64,000 bases of DNA, taken from NCBI RefSeq assembly GCF_009914755.1, contig NC_060940.1. One strand, written 5' to 3'. Below are positions 27,200 through 39,707 of the stretch, one piece after another (positions within the stretch are counted from its first letter, which is position 1; each line of letters opens with the position of its first letter). Under the pieces are notes generated by a model, which saw nothing but the letters and a program-made list of their open reading frames with translations, was not told the DNA's origin and searched no databases. The position numbers and the translations under genes were made by a program. This DNA is from the human T2T-CHM13v2.0 reference genome, Homo sapiens.

Positions 27200-27760
27200 T
27201 ATTACCTTAAAAACATCAGTTTGGCAGGTGAAAACACACAAGCTAAGGGCAACAAAGAAAGGTACTAAGACCAAGCGTTGATGAGGAGAGTGAAAAATGA
27301 GGACCCTTCTTATACATTGCTGATGAGCATGTAAACTGGTGTCATGACCTTGGAGAGTAATTCAGCAGTAGCAAATAACATGGACAATGTCTAGCAGTTT
27401 TACACCTAAGGGCCTGTCCTAGAGAAGCCCTTGCCTGTGATGTACAAAAAAAACACATGTAACCCCAAGATGTTCATTGCTGCCCTGTTTGTAACAGTGA
27501 AAAAGTGGAGAGCATGTAGTATCTCTGAGTAAGAAGGTGGTGTGTCCTGGCTTCCAGGAAGTCCCGGAGGATCCAGGTAAGCTTCATATGGTCAGAGTGG
27601 GAACAGTAGTCGCACTGTGGTTGCAACAGAGGTAACACCAGTGGTACATGCCAACTAATGCATCCTATCCCTTTAGGAAATGTGAACAGGATATAGTCTT
27701 GCCTCTCATAGAGAACACAGGCTAGGTCATCTATAAACAGTTCACCGACCGTCTCCACTC
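27200..27760 (+). mobile_element. L1ME-type ORF2-end/3'UTR fragment
   Basis: TACATTGCTGATGAGCATGTAAACTGG...GATGTTCATTGCTGCCCTGTTTGTAACAG. Confidence 0.7.
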
Positions 27761-27874
27761 TATTCCTAACAGCCAATCATGCTCACGAAATGCAAGCATG
27801 GTGTCTGTATTCGAACTACTGCATTATCATCAAATTATATCTGTCCTGCTTCTATCTTAAAATCTCAGGGTGTC

Positions 27875-28178
27875 AGCCAGGTGTCGTGGCTCACACCTGT
27901 AATCTTAGCACTTTGGGAGGCTGAGGTGGGTGGATGACTTTGAGGCCAGGAGTTGGAGACCAGCCTGGCCAACATGGCAACACCCCATCTCTACTAAAAA
28001 TACAAAAATTAGCTGGGCATGGTGGCACACGCCTACAGCTCCAGCTACTCGGGAGGCTGAGGCAGGAGAATCACTTGAACCTGGAGGCAAAGGTTGTAGT
28101 GAACCGAGATTGCACCACTGCATGCCCTGGGCAAAAGAGTGAGACTCTGTCTCAAAAAATAAAGATAAAATAAAATAA
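27875..28178 (+). mobile_element. AluS (Sz-like)
   Basis: Full dimer; flanks AATCTCAGGGTGT/AATCAAAGGGTGT. Confidence 0.95.
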
Positions 28179-28899
28179 TCAAAGGGTGTTGAGTAATTTA
28201 GGGGACGTTAACATTACAAAGTGGCATGGTTTGGAAGTCCCGGGTCCCAAAGGAGCATTTTCCCAGAGGACTCTCCCTACTGCACATGGAATATTATTAA
28301 TGATTATAATTATATTTCTGGTTTATCAAGAAATGATTAAAACAGATCAAAAAAGGTATCCACAACTACCAAAAACATTAAGAGAAAAATTTCAAGCTCT
28401 TGAAAAATCTAAGGTTTAGCTATGTTGAAATTTTCCTGATGTGAAATATCTTATTTTCATTGATACCAGATTAATGAGGTCTTCTGCACATTTTCTCAAA
28501 TGACTAAAGCATTGTTTCATTATTTCTCAAAACATTTGTAAGAGTGTGGTGACAGAGGAAATGTCCGAATTTGAAAGGAAGTCTTAAGGGGTTGTGAAGT
28601 CTCAGGAAGGTTCTTAAATGACCTAACCAGATGTTTTGAAGTCTGATATACCCTTAACCCAAACTGAAATTCATAACAAAGTCAAAAGCAATACAGTCAA
28701 ATTGATTTCAAAATGCCTTTTTCTAGCAAATCCGTTGACACCAACTGACTTTAACAGGGCCTAATTCCTACTTGGGAGAAATGATATGGCCATGGAAAAA
28801 ACGGGATGCATAATAAAGTTTGGGGATGAAATAAAACAAAATTCAGGTACGTTCTTAGAGGTGGCTAAAGTAAGAATCCACATTTCTCAGGCTATGGAG

Positions 28900-29150
28900 A
28901 ATGAAGGTGAAGAGACTGGGCCCTGGGGCCAGACTGCTGGGTTAAATCCCAGCTCTGCCACTTGTTGGAGGGTGCCCTTAGGAAGGTACTCGATCTCTCT
29001 GCCCCTCAGTTTCCTCATCTGTAAAATGGGGGAGAAAAATGGTACCCACCCATAGGAATGGTATATGGATTAAGTGAGAGAATAAAGGGCCCAGAACAGT
29101 GACTAGAACACAGTGAGTGATCAATACTTTTTATCTATTGTAATTATTTT
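28900..29150 (+). mobile_element. MIR
   Basis: CCTCAGTTTCCTCATCTGTAAAATGGG. Confidence 0.9.
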
Positions 29151-29239
29151 ATTTTACTTTTTGAATGTCAGTATTTATCAAGACAGTGAAATTATGGATG
29201 AATGTAGGTTTTTTCTTTTTATATTTAAATGTATACAAA

Positions 29240-29634
29240 CAGATGTTTCCTGACGTTTGATGGAGTTATGTCTTGGTAAACCCATCGTAGGTTGAAAATA
29301 TCATCATTTGAAAGCATTTAATATACCTAACCTCATAGCTTAGCCTGGCCTACCTTCAACGTGCTCAGAACTCCTACATTAGTCTACAGCTGTGCAAAAT
29401 CGTCTGGAAACACGGTACACTATCGAGTATCGGTTGTTTTCCCTCCTGAGCATATGGCTGATGGGACCTGCGGCTTACTGTCTCTGCCCAGCCCAACATT
29501 GAGAGTATCTTACTGCATATTGCAAGCTCAGGAAAGGGTCATAATTCAAAATTCAAAGCACAAGTTCTGCTGAATGTGTATTGCCTTTGCACCAACCACA
29601 GAAAGCCAATCCACAGTAAGTTGAGTACGTTCTG
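29240..29634. mobile_element. MER47B/Tigger5-family
   Basis: CAGATG...AAACCCATCGTAGGTTGAAAATATC...TCTG followed by TA. Confidence 0.85.
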
Positions 29635-29769
29635 TATTTAAATTTTTTAAAATGTTATTTAAAGGAGGAGAAGGGAGAAAAATGAGGTTCTTTATATCTC
29701 TCCACCCCAAAAAATAAGAATCCTGGGTTGGGATGGGGTAGAATATGGTTCCTCTTGTTGGTTAATTGG

Positions 29770-30258
29770 TGTATTAGTCTGTTTTTGCATTGCTATAAAG
29801 AACTAACTGAGACTGGGTAATTTTTAACGAAAAGAGGTTTAATTAACTTACAGTTCCATAGGCTGTACAGGAAGCATGGCTGGGAAAGCCTCAGGAAACT
29901 TACCATCATGGCAGAAGGCGAAGGGGAAGCAGGCACGTCGTACATGGCCTGGGAAGGAGGAAGAGAGCAAAGGGAGATGTCACACACTTTTAAACAACAA
30001 GGTCTCTCATGAGAACTCACTCTCAAGTTCAAAGTTCCACACATCTCTAGGGCAAGGGCACAATGCCTTCAATCTCTTTGCTAATGCATAACAAAAGTGA
30101 CCTTTGCTCCAGTTCCTAGAAAATTCCTTATCTCCCAGTTCACTGACTCAAAATCTCCTCTGGCAACACCCTCACAAACACACCCAAAAACAATACTTTA
30201 CCAGCCATCTAGACATCCTTCAATCCAATCAAATTGACACCTAATATTAACTATCAGA
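29770..30258 (-). mobile_element. Composite: MSTA LTR part + MST internal + MLT2A-like LTR start
   Basis: 29770-30025 MSTA; 30026-30135 MaLR internal; 30135-30258 MLT2-type. Confidence 0.75.
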
Positions 30259-31440
30259 GATGGTTTAGTGGATGGAGAGGTGTTTTAATTTAAATGGGTT
30301 TTGTTTGGTGTAAATCATTTGAGACATTAACCAAAAATTTATCGATAGAGTCAAACAAAATGGTTCTCAGTTGTATCCACTCCAGGTCCAATAACCAGAC
30401 AAAGTCAAAAGAACACCAAGCTGGTGGCTGGCATCCTGATTTGCTTGCATGGTAGCTTTACAAAATCTAACTTGGTGGGTGACCCTGAGTGAGTTGCTTC
30501 CGCTTTCTGGTCCTCAACTTCCTCACCCACAAAATGAATGCGTTGGGCTAAATGACCTATAAGGTTTCTTTAAGCTCTAATTGCTTCTAGGAGGCTGCCA
30601 TATCTGACTGCTCCAGGGACAGACTTGACCCTGGACTCGGCCGGCTAGCAGCACCATGGTTCTGGCCCAAAGCCAACTGCATACCCCGTCCTTCTCACCT
30701 ACTGCTCACCAGCTGCCTTCTCACCTACTGCTTGTGATCTCAAGAGACCCAGGCATGTCAGTGGAAAATGATCAGTCCAAACCCATCACCACTCCAGGAG
30801 AAACAGCTCAAAGCACAGGCCCTGCCAACTCCAGTTCCAGTCGTGTCCCCATCATATACAAAGCCCTGTTTATCCTACTAGAGAGAAGGATGGAAACCAC
30901 TTTGCTTAAAGTAGAGCTGAAGAAATAAATATTCGAGCAGCAATAGCTCATTATTTTTGAGGGCTCTGGAATGAAAGTCCAAGGTAGAAAAGCAAAACAA
31001 CAACCGTTAGCATTTCCTTTCTGAATAGACAATATATGCCAGGAGCTCTGAAATAAAGATAGTGCGATTCATTTATTATTCCTTCTCTTTAAAACCTGCA
31101 TTAATTCTGATTTCTATTTAAATAAGAATGATTACATTTTATCAGCTGAGATGGAAATATTGTGATAAACACTGGCTCGTGGCCAAACTAATCTCCCAAG
31201 CCCACAGCTTACGGCCATTGTCTTGTATAGATATTTGAATGGCAATGGGCTTTTATCAGTATTTCTAAAGGCACTCATTTAATTATGTGGTTGTAAGGAT
31301 TTTCAAAACCCAAAAGAATACCATCAATACATATTCATTTCTTGGATTAATTTGACATTAACATCAGAAAATATTGTTATTTAAAGGATGCTCTTACTTG
31401 TTTTTGCTTTTGCAAGAAAATAAGGCAACCTGATTGCAAT

Positions 31441-31481
31441 AAGATACCATTGCAACCTGATTCTGGTTGCAATGGTATCTT
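31441..31481. repeat. Perfect 17-bp inverted repeat with 7-nt loop
   Basis: AAGATACCATTGCAACC-TGATTCT-GGTTGCAATGGTATCTT. Confidence 0.97.
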
Positions 31482-31633
31482 TTAAACTTTCTGTTTAACT
31501 GAAATTAGGAAAATAAAATGCACAGTGAAGCAAGGCTAGAATTTTGAATTATAAGGGGTAGAGGGAGGACTCAGAAACTCCACAAGTCTCAGAGCCTTTA
31601 ATAAGCTAATACATATTGTTAATTAACAGTATG

Positions 31634-31938
31634 GGCCGGGTGCAGTGGCTCACACCTGTAATCCCAGCACCTTGGAAGGCCAAGGCGGGTGGATCACTTG
31701 AGGCCAGGAGTTCGAGACCAGCCTGGCCAACATGGTGAAACCCTGTCTCTACCAGAAATACAAACATTAGCCAGGTGTTGCGGTGCATGCCTGTAATCCC
31801 AGCTACTTGGGAGGCTGAGGCAGAAGAGTCGCTTGAACCTGGGAGGCAAAGTTGCAGTGAGCCGAGATCGTGCCACTGTACTTCAGCCTGGGTGACAGAG
31901 TGAGACTCTGCCTCAAAAACAAGCAAACAAACAAAAAA
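31634..31938 (+). mobile_element. AluS (Sz-like)
   Basis: Full dimer; CAGTATG flanks. Confidence 0.95.
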
Positions 31939-32117
31939 CCCACCAGTATGCACAATTAAAAATGTTTGACTACAGAATCCTTTTTTCCAAGGAGCATCTT
32001 ATAATACTTGCGCTTGGGAAATCCTACTTTAGGAAAAACAGCTGTGAGCAAAATTCCTCCTTTTAAAGATGGGGAATAATACTCCCATGTGGCTGGTTCC
32101 AGGCAAGGATGGCACCA

Positions 32118-32275
32118 CAGTAAAGTTTCTCAGACTTTAATGTGCGTAAGAATGACCTGGGCATCTTGTTAACTGATTTCATAAGTCTGGGATGAGATCT
32201 GAGACAGCATTTCTTACAAGTTCCCAGATGCTGCTGCTGCTGCTGCTGGTCTATACACCACCCGTCGACTAAAGA
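32118..32275. mobile_element. MER5-family element with (CTG)6
   Basis: AGAATGACCTGGGCATCTTGTTAA...GCATTTCTTACAAGTTCCCAGATGCTGCTG... Confidence 0.75.
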
Positions 32276-33469
32276 AGCAAGAAATTCAGACACACATCTC
32301 CTAACTTTGTACTTACCCCACTGCCTTGTAGCCTCTCTTAAGTGGCACTAACTAGCATTTCTGTCAAAGCAGCATCCTTGCCTTATTCTAGTTTTATTTG
32401 CTGAGCTGATGTCTCCAGTTCTTTAAAGCGAGTCCCTATGATGATAGAAGGATGCATCAAGATTAAGGAAGTATTTTCTGGCCCCTAACATAAATTTTCT
32501 TTTTGTTATATGATAAATTAGAAACAGAAGAAAGCTTCTGACCAAAGTGATCTATCCCAAGGCTCTGTGTAGAAATTTCCATCAGAAATCATTCAAACCT
32601 ATTGTTTGACTGAATCAAATCAAGGAAGGACATTTTCCATGGCCATTTTCATGTATTTTTTCAATTACTCTGGAAAAACATGGCATGCCTCTTGACCAAA
32701 ATTTGCTCAATAATTGTTCAACTATCTGGCTATTGCCAAAATATGAATAGGCAGCAATTACCAGATGTTTGCTCAGCGTAAAGATTCTATACTACAATGA
32801 AAACATGCTCATCTTGATGCTTCCACAACTATTATATCTGCATGTGTACAATCCCCACAGTCTTTTATCTGTTGATGCTAGTGGGAAGAAGTCAGTTAAT
32901 TGAAATTGTTTCTGTGTAACAACCTTCCACCTTGTCACTTCAGGGTGTGGGAGGGATGGTTAAAAAGGAATGACCCAAAATGAAGAAAAATGACCTGCTT
33001 ATTGACTAGACTTTTCACTTTTCAACAAATGATTGTGGTGTAATTCAAAAATTAGACTATGTCTATGTCTCCATGGCATTGAAACCAACCAAAAATAAGC
33101 AAATTTGCAACTGAACAAGCTGGGTGGTAGAATATTATTCTTGCTTACAGGCCAGCTTCTCCCTCCAAAAAGGCTGAACTCAGGCATTTCAGCCAATGTC
33201 AGCCACACTAGGTATTTGGCAGCCACTCCACAGTACTCAGCAAAAGAGACTGGATTTCCCAGCCATTTCCAAATGGCCAAAGGGAGAAGGAAGACAGATT
33301 CTGTGGCCTAGAGACTCAGCCCTTGACTGGGAGAAGCAGAATCTAACTCCAGACTGAAGACTCAGGGAGCCCTCCCCTAACTTCTAGTTCTTGTAGGGAC
33401 CTCAGAATCCCAACAGCCTGGATTTAAGGTCTAGCTCTGCTGCTCACTCATTATCGCACCAGGCAAAAA

Positions 33470-33648
33470 TGGCCAAGACTCGATCATTGGCTGAGGACTT
33501 CACAGTAAGAGTATGGTCTTACCTGAAAGCTGAGGTGAATTCTGAAGGCCAATGGCTAGAGGCTGTTGGAAAACTGCCTTCCTTGAAGCTAAATGGCAGA
33601 TTCTTTCTCTAAGAGAGATGTGAGCAGCACACCTTCATGGCTACCACC
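33470..33648 (-). mobile_element. LTR16-type LTR fragment
   Basis: TTCTGAAGG...GAGGCTGT...TGAGCAGCACACCTTCATGGCTACCAC. Confidence 0.45.
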
Positions 33649-34229
33649 TTATAGGGTATAGATCAATATTGTACAATCTAGGCATTCATAAAGTACTTCT
33701 ACTAAATATTTGTTAAATGTATACATTGTTAACAATGCTTATAAAAATATCAATTATTTATTTGTGTGAGATGAATTTCATGATCACAATAAGACAGTAG
33801 CCAATTGATGAGCCAGACATGCAGTCAACCAACAAGTTTGATCTACTTGATACATCCTCAAAGGTTGACCTCTCTTCCACTTCCTCCAAATGAACTTGAC
33901 TTTGGCAACGCAGCCTTAAATAGCTGGCCTGTGTGGACCAAGGCAGAGCGAGATCTGACGAATCTCTACAGCTATTGGTCTTAACAAGCTTGTCATTGAG
34001 AATAGCACTTCCCCAAAGTGCCAGAGGTTGGAGTGGTGCATCCTACTTGTGGGAAACACATCACACTCTATTAAACCCCAGGAGAACATGTTCCAACTCA
34101 TAGATTATTAAATCTGCCCTCCCTCAAAACAAAAAAAAAATTAGCTAAAGTTTTGCTAAATAAGGCACCATTTAGCCAAACCAATCTTCACATGCCATAT
34201 GCTGTGGCACATTCTTCTGTGAGGTGTAA

Positions 34230-34375
34230 TTGTGTTGTAATCGTTTGTGATTATCTGTTAAATGTCGGTTGCTCCTCTAGACTGTAAATTCCATGAGGGC
34301 AGGAATGATGCTTTCTATCTCCAACATTTAGTACTGAACCAGCAAACATTTAGAGACTCAGTGAATGAGTGAGCA
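34230..34375 (+). mobile_element. L2 3' end
   Basis: CTAGACTGTAAATTCCATGAGGGCAGG...GAATGAGTGA. Confidence 0.8.
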
Positions 34376-35119
34376 GTGAAATGCATCCCTGTTTGATCTA
34401 TTTTGGGAATCTAGATTCACATGCATAAGGCTTGGTTCAGGAAGGAGGTACTGTTATATTCCCAGATCCCTTATGAGGACTGATAAAAAAACGCTTGTCT
34501 CATTCGAGGGCTCTTCAATAATGTGCCCAGGTTACTCAGATTAATGGCCAGGTTATGTTCTGCTACAATTTTGCATGTTGAAAAGCTTTTTAAATGCATT
34601 AATCCAGCCATCCTGTTAACCCGTATTCATTAAGCACCTACTGTGTGCCAAACAAAAACAGGATCAATGGTTGATTGAGGGACTGTTTCTCTTTTACCCT
34701 ACCTATTTATTCTACTCACTTCTATTTACTTCTTTATCCATCCATATGTCCATTTGTTTATTTATTTGTTTATGCATCCTGTACCTTATTCCAATATGGA
34801 TTGAAGGTTGTTTATAGAGATTCATAACATATACCACTGTAATATAAATTATGACTATGTTAAAAATGTAAAGGAAAAAGCATAAACTCAGTATATATAG
34901 GCTGAATCACTAATAATGCAGACTCTTACCTGGCAAAAGAATGATGGGCTGGAATCCTTCAATCATGGCAGATGCTCAATGTAAGAAACTGGGACAGAGC
35001 TACCACAAAAAAAAAAATTCCCTGTGGAGCGTTTTCTTCATTTGACCATTAGAATAAATCTCCTTCGAAATTCTCATGCTTGTGTGTGTTTCAGGGGGGC
35101 TTTTCAAGAGGCCAAGCAG

Positions 35120-35270
35120 CTCATTTATTCATTTATGTATTCATCTATTCTTCTTCATTGTTTTTGTTGTTCTTATGTTTGCTGAGTACTTAGTACATGC
35201 TAGGCACTGTGCTAAGTAAAAGGACACTGAATGCATGGTTGTTGCTGTTAGAAAAGCTCCAAGTCTAAGA
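35120..35270 (-). mobile_element. L2 3' end
   Basis: CTGAGTACTTAGTACATGCTAGGCACTGTGCTAAG. Confidence 0.75.
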
Positions 35271-35727
35271 GGTTTAATAAGCCCTGAGATCTGCTCATAG
35301 CCCTGTCATTGCCTCACTGTGTGACCTTGGCCAAGTCTATCCAGTCTCTGGCCCTCAATGTCTTCATCTGAAAATGTTGGGCTAGATGGTCTTGAGTATC
35401 CCTTACTAGATCTAAAGTTATGTTACATAGGGAAAGCTAAGTTAAAGCCAACATCTTGCCAGTTTTTTTTTGGTTTCATCCCATCATCTGCGATCAGGAC
35501 AATACAGTCTGAGAAAAATGATCAATGCCTCCTAGAAGGTATAATTTTAGCATTTTACCCCCTCAGTGGAATGCATGTCACATGGAAGTCTTCTCCCAAC
35601 AAAACCCCGAAGCACCGTTACCTGATAAACACCTTGAAAATGTTCTGGCCTGAAGAACAGGTGCTTCTATAATGAATGTTGATTTTCAAATTCATAAAGA
35701 TGTAAATGCAAATATCCTATTTGAAAA

Positions 35728-35960
35728 ATAATAATAATAGCTAGTACTCACTGAGCTTTGCAAAGTCTGGGCACTCTTCAAAACATTTTATATGCATCAT
35801 CTCATTTAATTCTGGCCAACAACCCCATAAAGCAATTCTCATTATTGCCCTAATTCATCAGTAAGGAAACCATGGCACAGGGGCAGTTAAGCAAGTATCC
35901 TACGAGGCAGATTGGAGATTTGAGCCCAGGAAGTTGAGCCCCAGAGCTGGGCTCTTCTCC
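35728..35960 (-). mobile_element. MIR
   Basis: ATAATAGCTA...TCTCATTTAATTC...CAACAACCCCATAAAG...AGGAAAC. Confidence 0.8.
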
Positions 35961-36216
35961 CCTTACTTACTATACCTCTCCTCAAAATGTTATACTTGTG
36001 GTTCCCTAGGTGCTTTTTAAAGTTGTGGCTTAATTTCTTAAAAAACAGTATGCCTTTTAATCTATAGTCTATTTCTGATGATTCCAGGTAAGAAAATAGA
36101 GTCTAAGTTCAAATGGCTACATAAAGAACTTCTTAGAACTGATTTCCAACTCCAACAATCTAATTAGGAATCTCAAAAATAAAGCGCATAAAGATATTAA
36201 TACTTTTACTCTAAAC

Positions 36217-36539
36217 CTGGATTTGGCAAACTTTCTGTAGCAGGTAAATATGTCAGCCCTTTTAGGTCATAAGGTCCCTGTCACTACTACTCAACTCTGC
36301 CATTATAGTGCAAAGGAAGCCAATAGCTGAACAAATGAGTGTGGCTGTATTCCAATAAAACTTTATTTATGGGCACTAAAATTTGAGTTTTATGAAACTT
36401 TTAAAGTGTTGTGAAATGTTATTCTTCTTTGATTCTTTCTCAACCGTTTAAAAATGTGAAAACCATTCTGACCTTGGGAGATGAACAAAAACAAGCGTTT
36501 GACCAGATTTGGACCTGGGCTCTAGGTTGCCATCTCCTG
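36217..36539. mobile_element. MER58B (hAT-Charlie)
   Basis: TTGGCAAACTTTCTGTA...CTACTCAACTCTGCCATTATAGTGCAAA...CCAATAAAACTTTATTTATGG. Confidence 0.85.
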
Positions 36540-39500
36540 TTCTACGCTGACCACTTCCATTTCAACTAACATTTCGACTAACATGAGTACAAACCAGTCT
36601 TAAGGGGGGAAAACACTATAGTCAGTTTTCTCATTTCTTTGCAATATGAATCTATATTTCCTTGATCACACTTTGTCATATTTTCTCAGAGACTTAAAAC
36701 TTTATGTAAGTAAATATTTAACCATCAAGAAGGTTACATTTCATTCCTACCTGGGCTACCAGTAAGCAGAAGTCAGGGTTGTTGTCTGTCCTTGTTTCAA
36801 AATTCAAGCCGAAGACAAAGTAAAATATATTCCTAAATATCTACAAATGCACACATGAAATATAGGTGTATTTTAAAGAATAACCTAACGGAAAGTACTT
36901 TAAATTTCACAGCCACTGCTAATGTAGGCAGCTAATCCTATTTACATTCATATTAGCCTTGGTATCTTCTTCCCTAAGATTTACCTATTTGTATGCTTGC
37001 ATGAGTTAAACTGCCTTTTGCATGATATCAGTACTTTTGTAATTTAAATCTATAAAAGGCAATTTCTTTTAAATATACTTCCTAACAGTGGGTGAAAGAA
37101 GCACCAAAGTTATTTGAGAGCTGTACACCTCAGTAAACATGTGCACTGAACTCCTGGCAATGTGCAGAATGTGGGAATTAATCTTATACTCTAAGAGTGG
37201 AACGGAAAATAAAATCGAGGCTGAGAAACAAACAGTCTTTGAAAGGGGCCAGTTTGCAGTGTTATGGAAGGAAATGGCGTGTTTTAGAATTGATATTTAG
37301 GCGAATAAAACTTTCTCCCCTTTTGAAAGAATGTTGAGGACTGAATTCTTTCATCATTGTGGGTTTTTGCATCCAAAATAACTTTAGCCACATGATAAGC
37401 CAGTTTTACAATTTAATGTTGGTGTTGGCTGATAAACAGAACATAGTCAGCCGTTGGTGGCCAGGGTAAATTTTAAGATGTCAATAGTGACTCCAGTAGC
37501 ACACAGTGCATGTAAGTATGTATTTGGAGCAGGGAGGGTGAAGTTTCCAAAGACAGAGATAATTTCATGCAATTAGAGTTAGATTTTTTTCTTCACATAA
37601 TTCCTACAAAATGTTCACCCTCACCATCTTCAGTTGACATAAATGAGATGCAAATAGGTTAATGTATAATCTTGCCCCAAAGTAGTGTCTTCTCGATATG
37701 TAGGACACATACATCAATTCTAAGCAGAGCTGGGATTTTCCTAGCAAAAGTCAACGGGGTGTAAAATCAGAAGGGAGGGACTTCCAGATGCATGCCCTCA
37801 CTTCTGGCTACATTGAGCATTTTCTCCCAAGAGAACTAGCCCTGGGGTTCACTTCTTTGCACTCAGGCCAGGACACACTTCCGGGAGTTTACCAGGTCTC
37901 AGGCTTGAAGGAACCCCATAAAGAAGCCAGGAAAAGAGTGTTTCAAACTAGGCATTGGGGCAGTGGGATGTGTGGACTCGAGGCCTGAAACCCACAGAGA
38001 ACCAACCAGTTAGTCCCCACTTTAGACGTACTTTGGGAAAGGCGCCATCCTCCCTTTAATCTCTGAACTTTGCCCTGTTCTTTTTGCTCTGGCTGTGATG
38101 TCTACACAGCACCAAGTATCCAGATGAAAGTGGTGTGTGGGGTATTCAGCTCACTTCCCAGATATTTAGACAAAGCTTCAGCCACTGTTTCATGACTACT
38201 GAAGGCTTGCCTGCCGCATACCCCAAAACCCGCCACCCTGAAAGTAGCCATTATAAATGTTTCATGTGGAACTTTCACAACCCATCAGGCTCACCAGAGT
38301 TTTCAAATTAACTCCCTTTCCGCCCAAGGGGATTCCTCTGTAAAAGATTTCTCCAGCCTCAAATCTCAAAAAAAAAAAAAAAAAATCTGAATTTGAAACA
38401 GAATGCAAATAATGCATTTTGACTCCCTAATCAACAAATGGGATCAACTTGAATTGATTAAGAACCTTTGAAATTAGCTGTCTTTAATTCTCTCCATGGC
38501 CTGCTGCTGGTACTCTGAAGATAGGAGGGGTATGGGGGTTGGGGGGGTGTGCATGCACCCAGGCATGTGTTTGTGGGTTCAGGGGTGGAGAGTTCGCTTT
38601 TATTTTTTTTTTTCAGAGCTCATATAATGGTGTTTAAATTTTTTTTTTAATTTAATGGTGACACAACTCTAAGAAAGAGAGCATTCACCTGGTGCAATGA
38701 TATGGTTTTTTTGTAGACTACATTTCTGATAGTTACTTGGCTGCATAAAACCTGCACAACTTTAGTGGGGAAAAAAACCACATAAAATCTAAAATGAATG
38801 TATAAATAATATGCAACTGTCTAGACAGTATAGGTCACTTGCAAAGATAGCAGGTCGGGAAAAAATTGTCCATCAGTCAGACAACCATAACTGATTCCGA
38901 TGCTAAATAATGGTAGAGATATTCAACATTCTCTGGCTGCGAAAGGCTTCGCTGAGCATTTGCTCTTCCCAAGCCAGTGGTCTTCTACTTATCTGGTATT
39001 TTATGCAGCCTTTGGAAAATGCACTTGCTATTTAAACATTAAAATTAATGCCCAAAGAATAGCAGTTGAGCAAAGGAGTGCTACTGACCTATGTGATTGG
39101 CCTTTGGTAAAGCAAAAATAACCCTTCTCGATCAACAATATGAGCTTTCCATACCCACAGAATCTTAAGCAGATGTAATTATGGAGGCTTTAGGATAGCA
39201 AAAGACCCAAGCACACAACCCCACCCACATACACAGGTTTCAAGAAACATTTTTGCTCTCTTGTAATGACCTGCAATGGCAGGTTCAAGTATGTAAGTCT
39301 TGTACTTTTAAAAAAATATTTATAATAATAATTTCTGTACATAGAAAAATGCTTGAAAAAGAAAGTAAATGTATTAAATAATTCTCAGAGGACAATGGTT
39401 GCTGCTGTCACTGCCCTCCAACACTGTGAGGACAAACAAGCTCCTTAGCTGGTGCCCAGAGCTGAGGACAGCCATCAGCTGGCTCTCCATGCACATGAGA

Positions 39501-39707
39501 CAGTTCCACGTGCTTTTTTGAGAGAGTCCCAAAGCCAAATGACTGTGAATTAGGCTGGATGCCTGCAGGAGGAAAGATCCGTGCTCCCCTGGCCAGGGAG
39601 GAGAAAGACAGGCACACAGGTACTCTGTCTCCCCGCTCTGAGCTGAGCAACCACACTCTCCAAGCCAGTCAGATTCTTAGGAGAGATGCTGATAATAATA
39701 CAAGAAG

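Noticed and set aside
27568-27590. Adjacent BamHI/HindIII/NdeI sites and a CAG|GTAAGC donor-like motif
   Set aside because: No other vector features; the surrounding DNA loosely follows a decayed L1ME; no supported upstream exon
32230-32248. (CTG)6 / polyQ in ORF 32063-32293
   Set aside because: Short expansion of the native TGCTG in a MER5 element; non-coding
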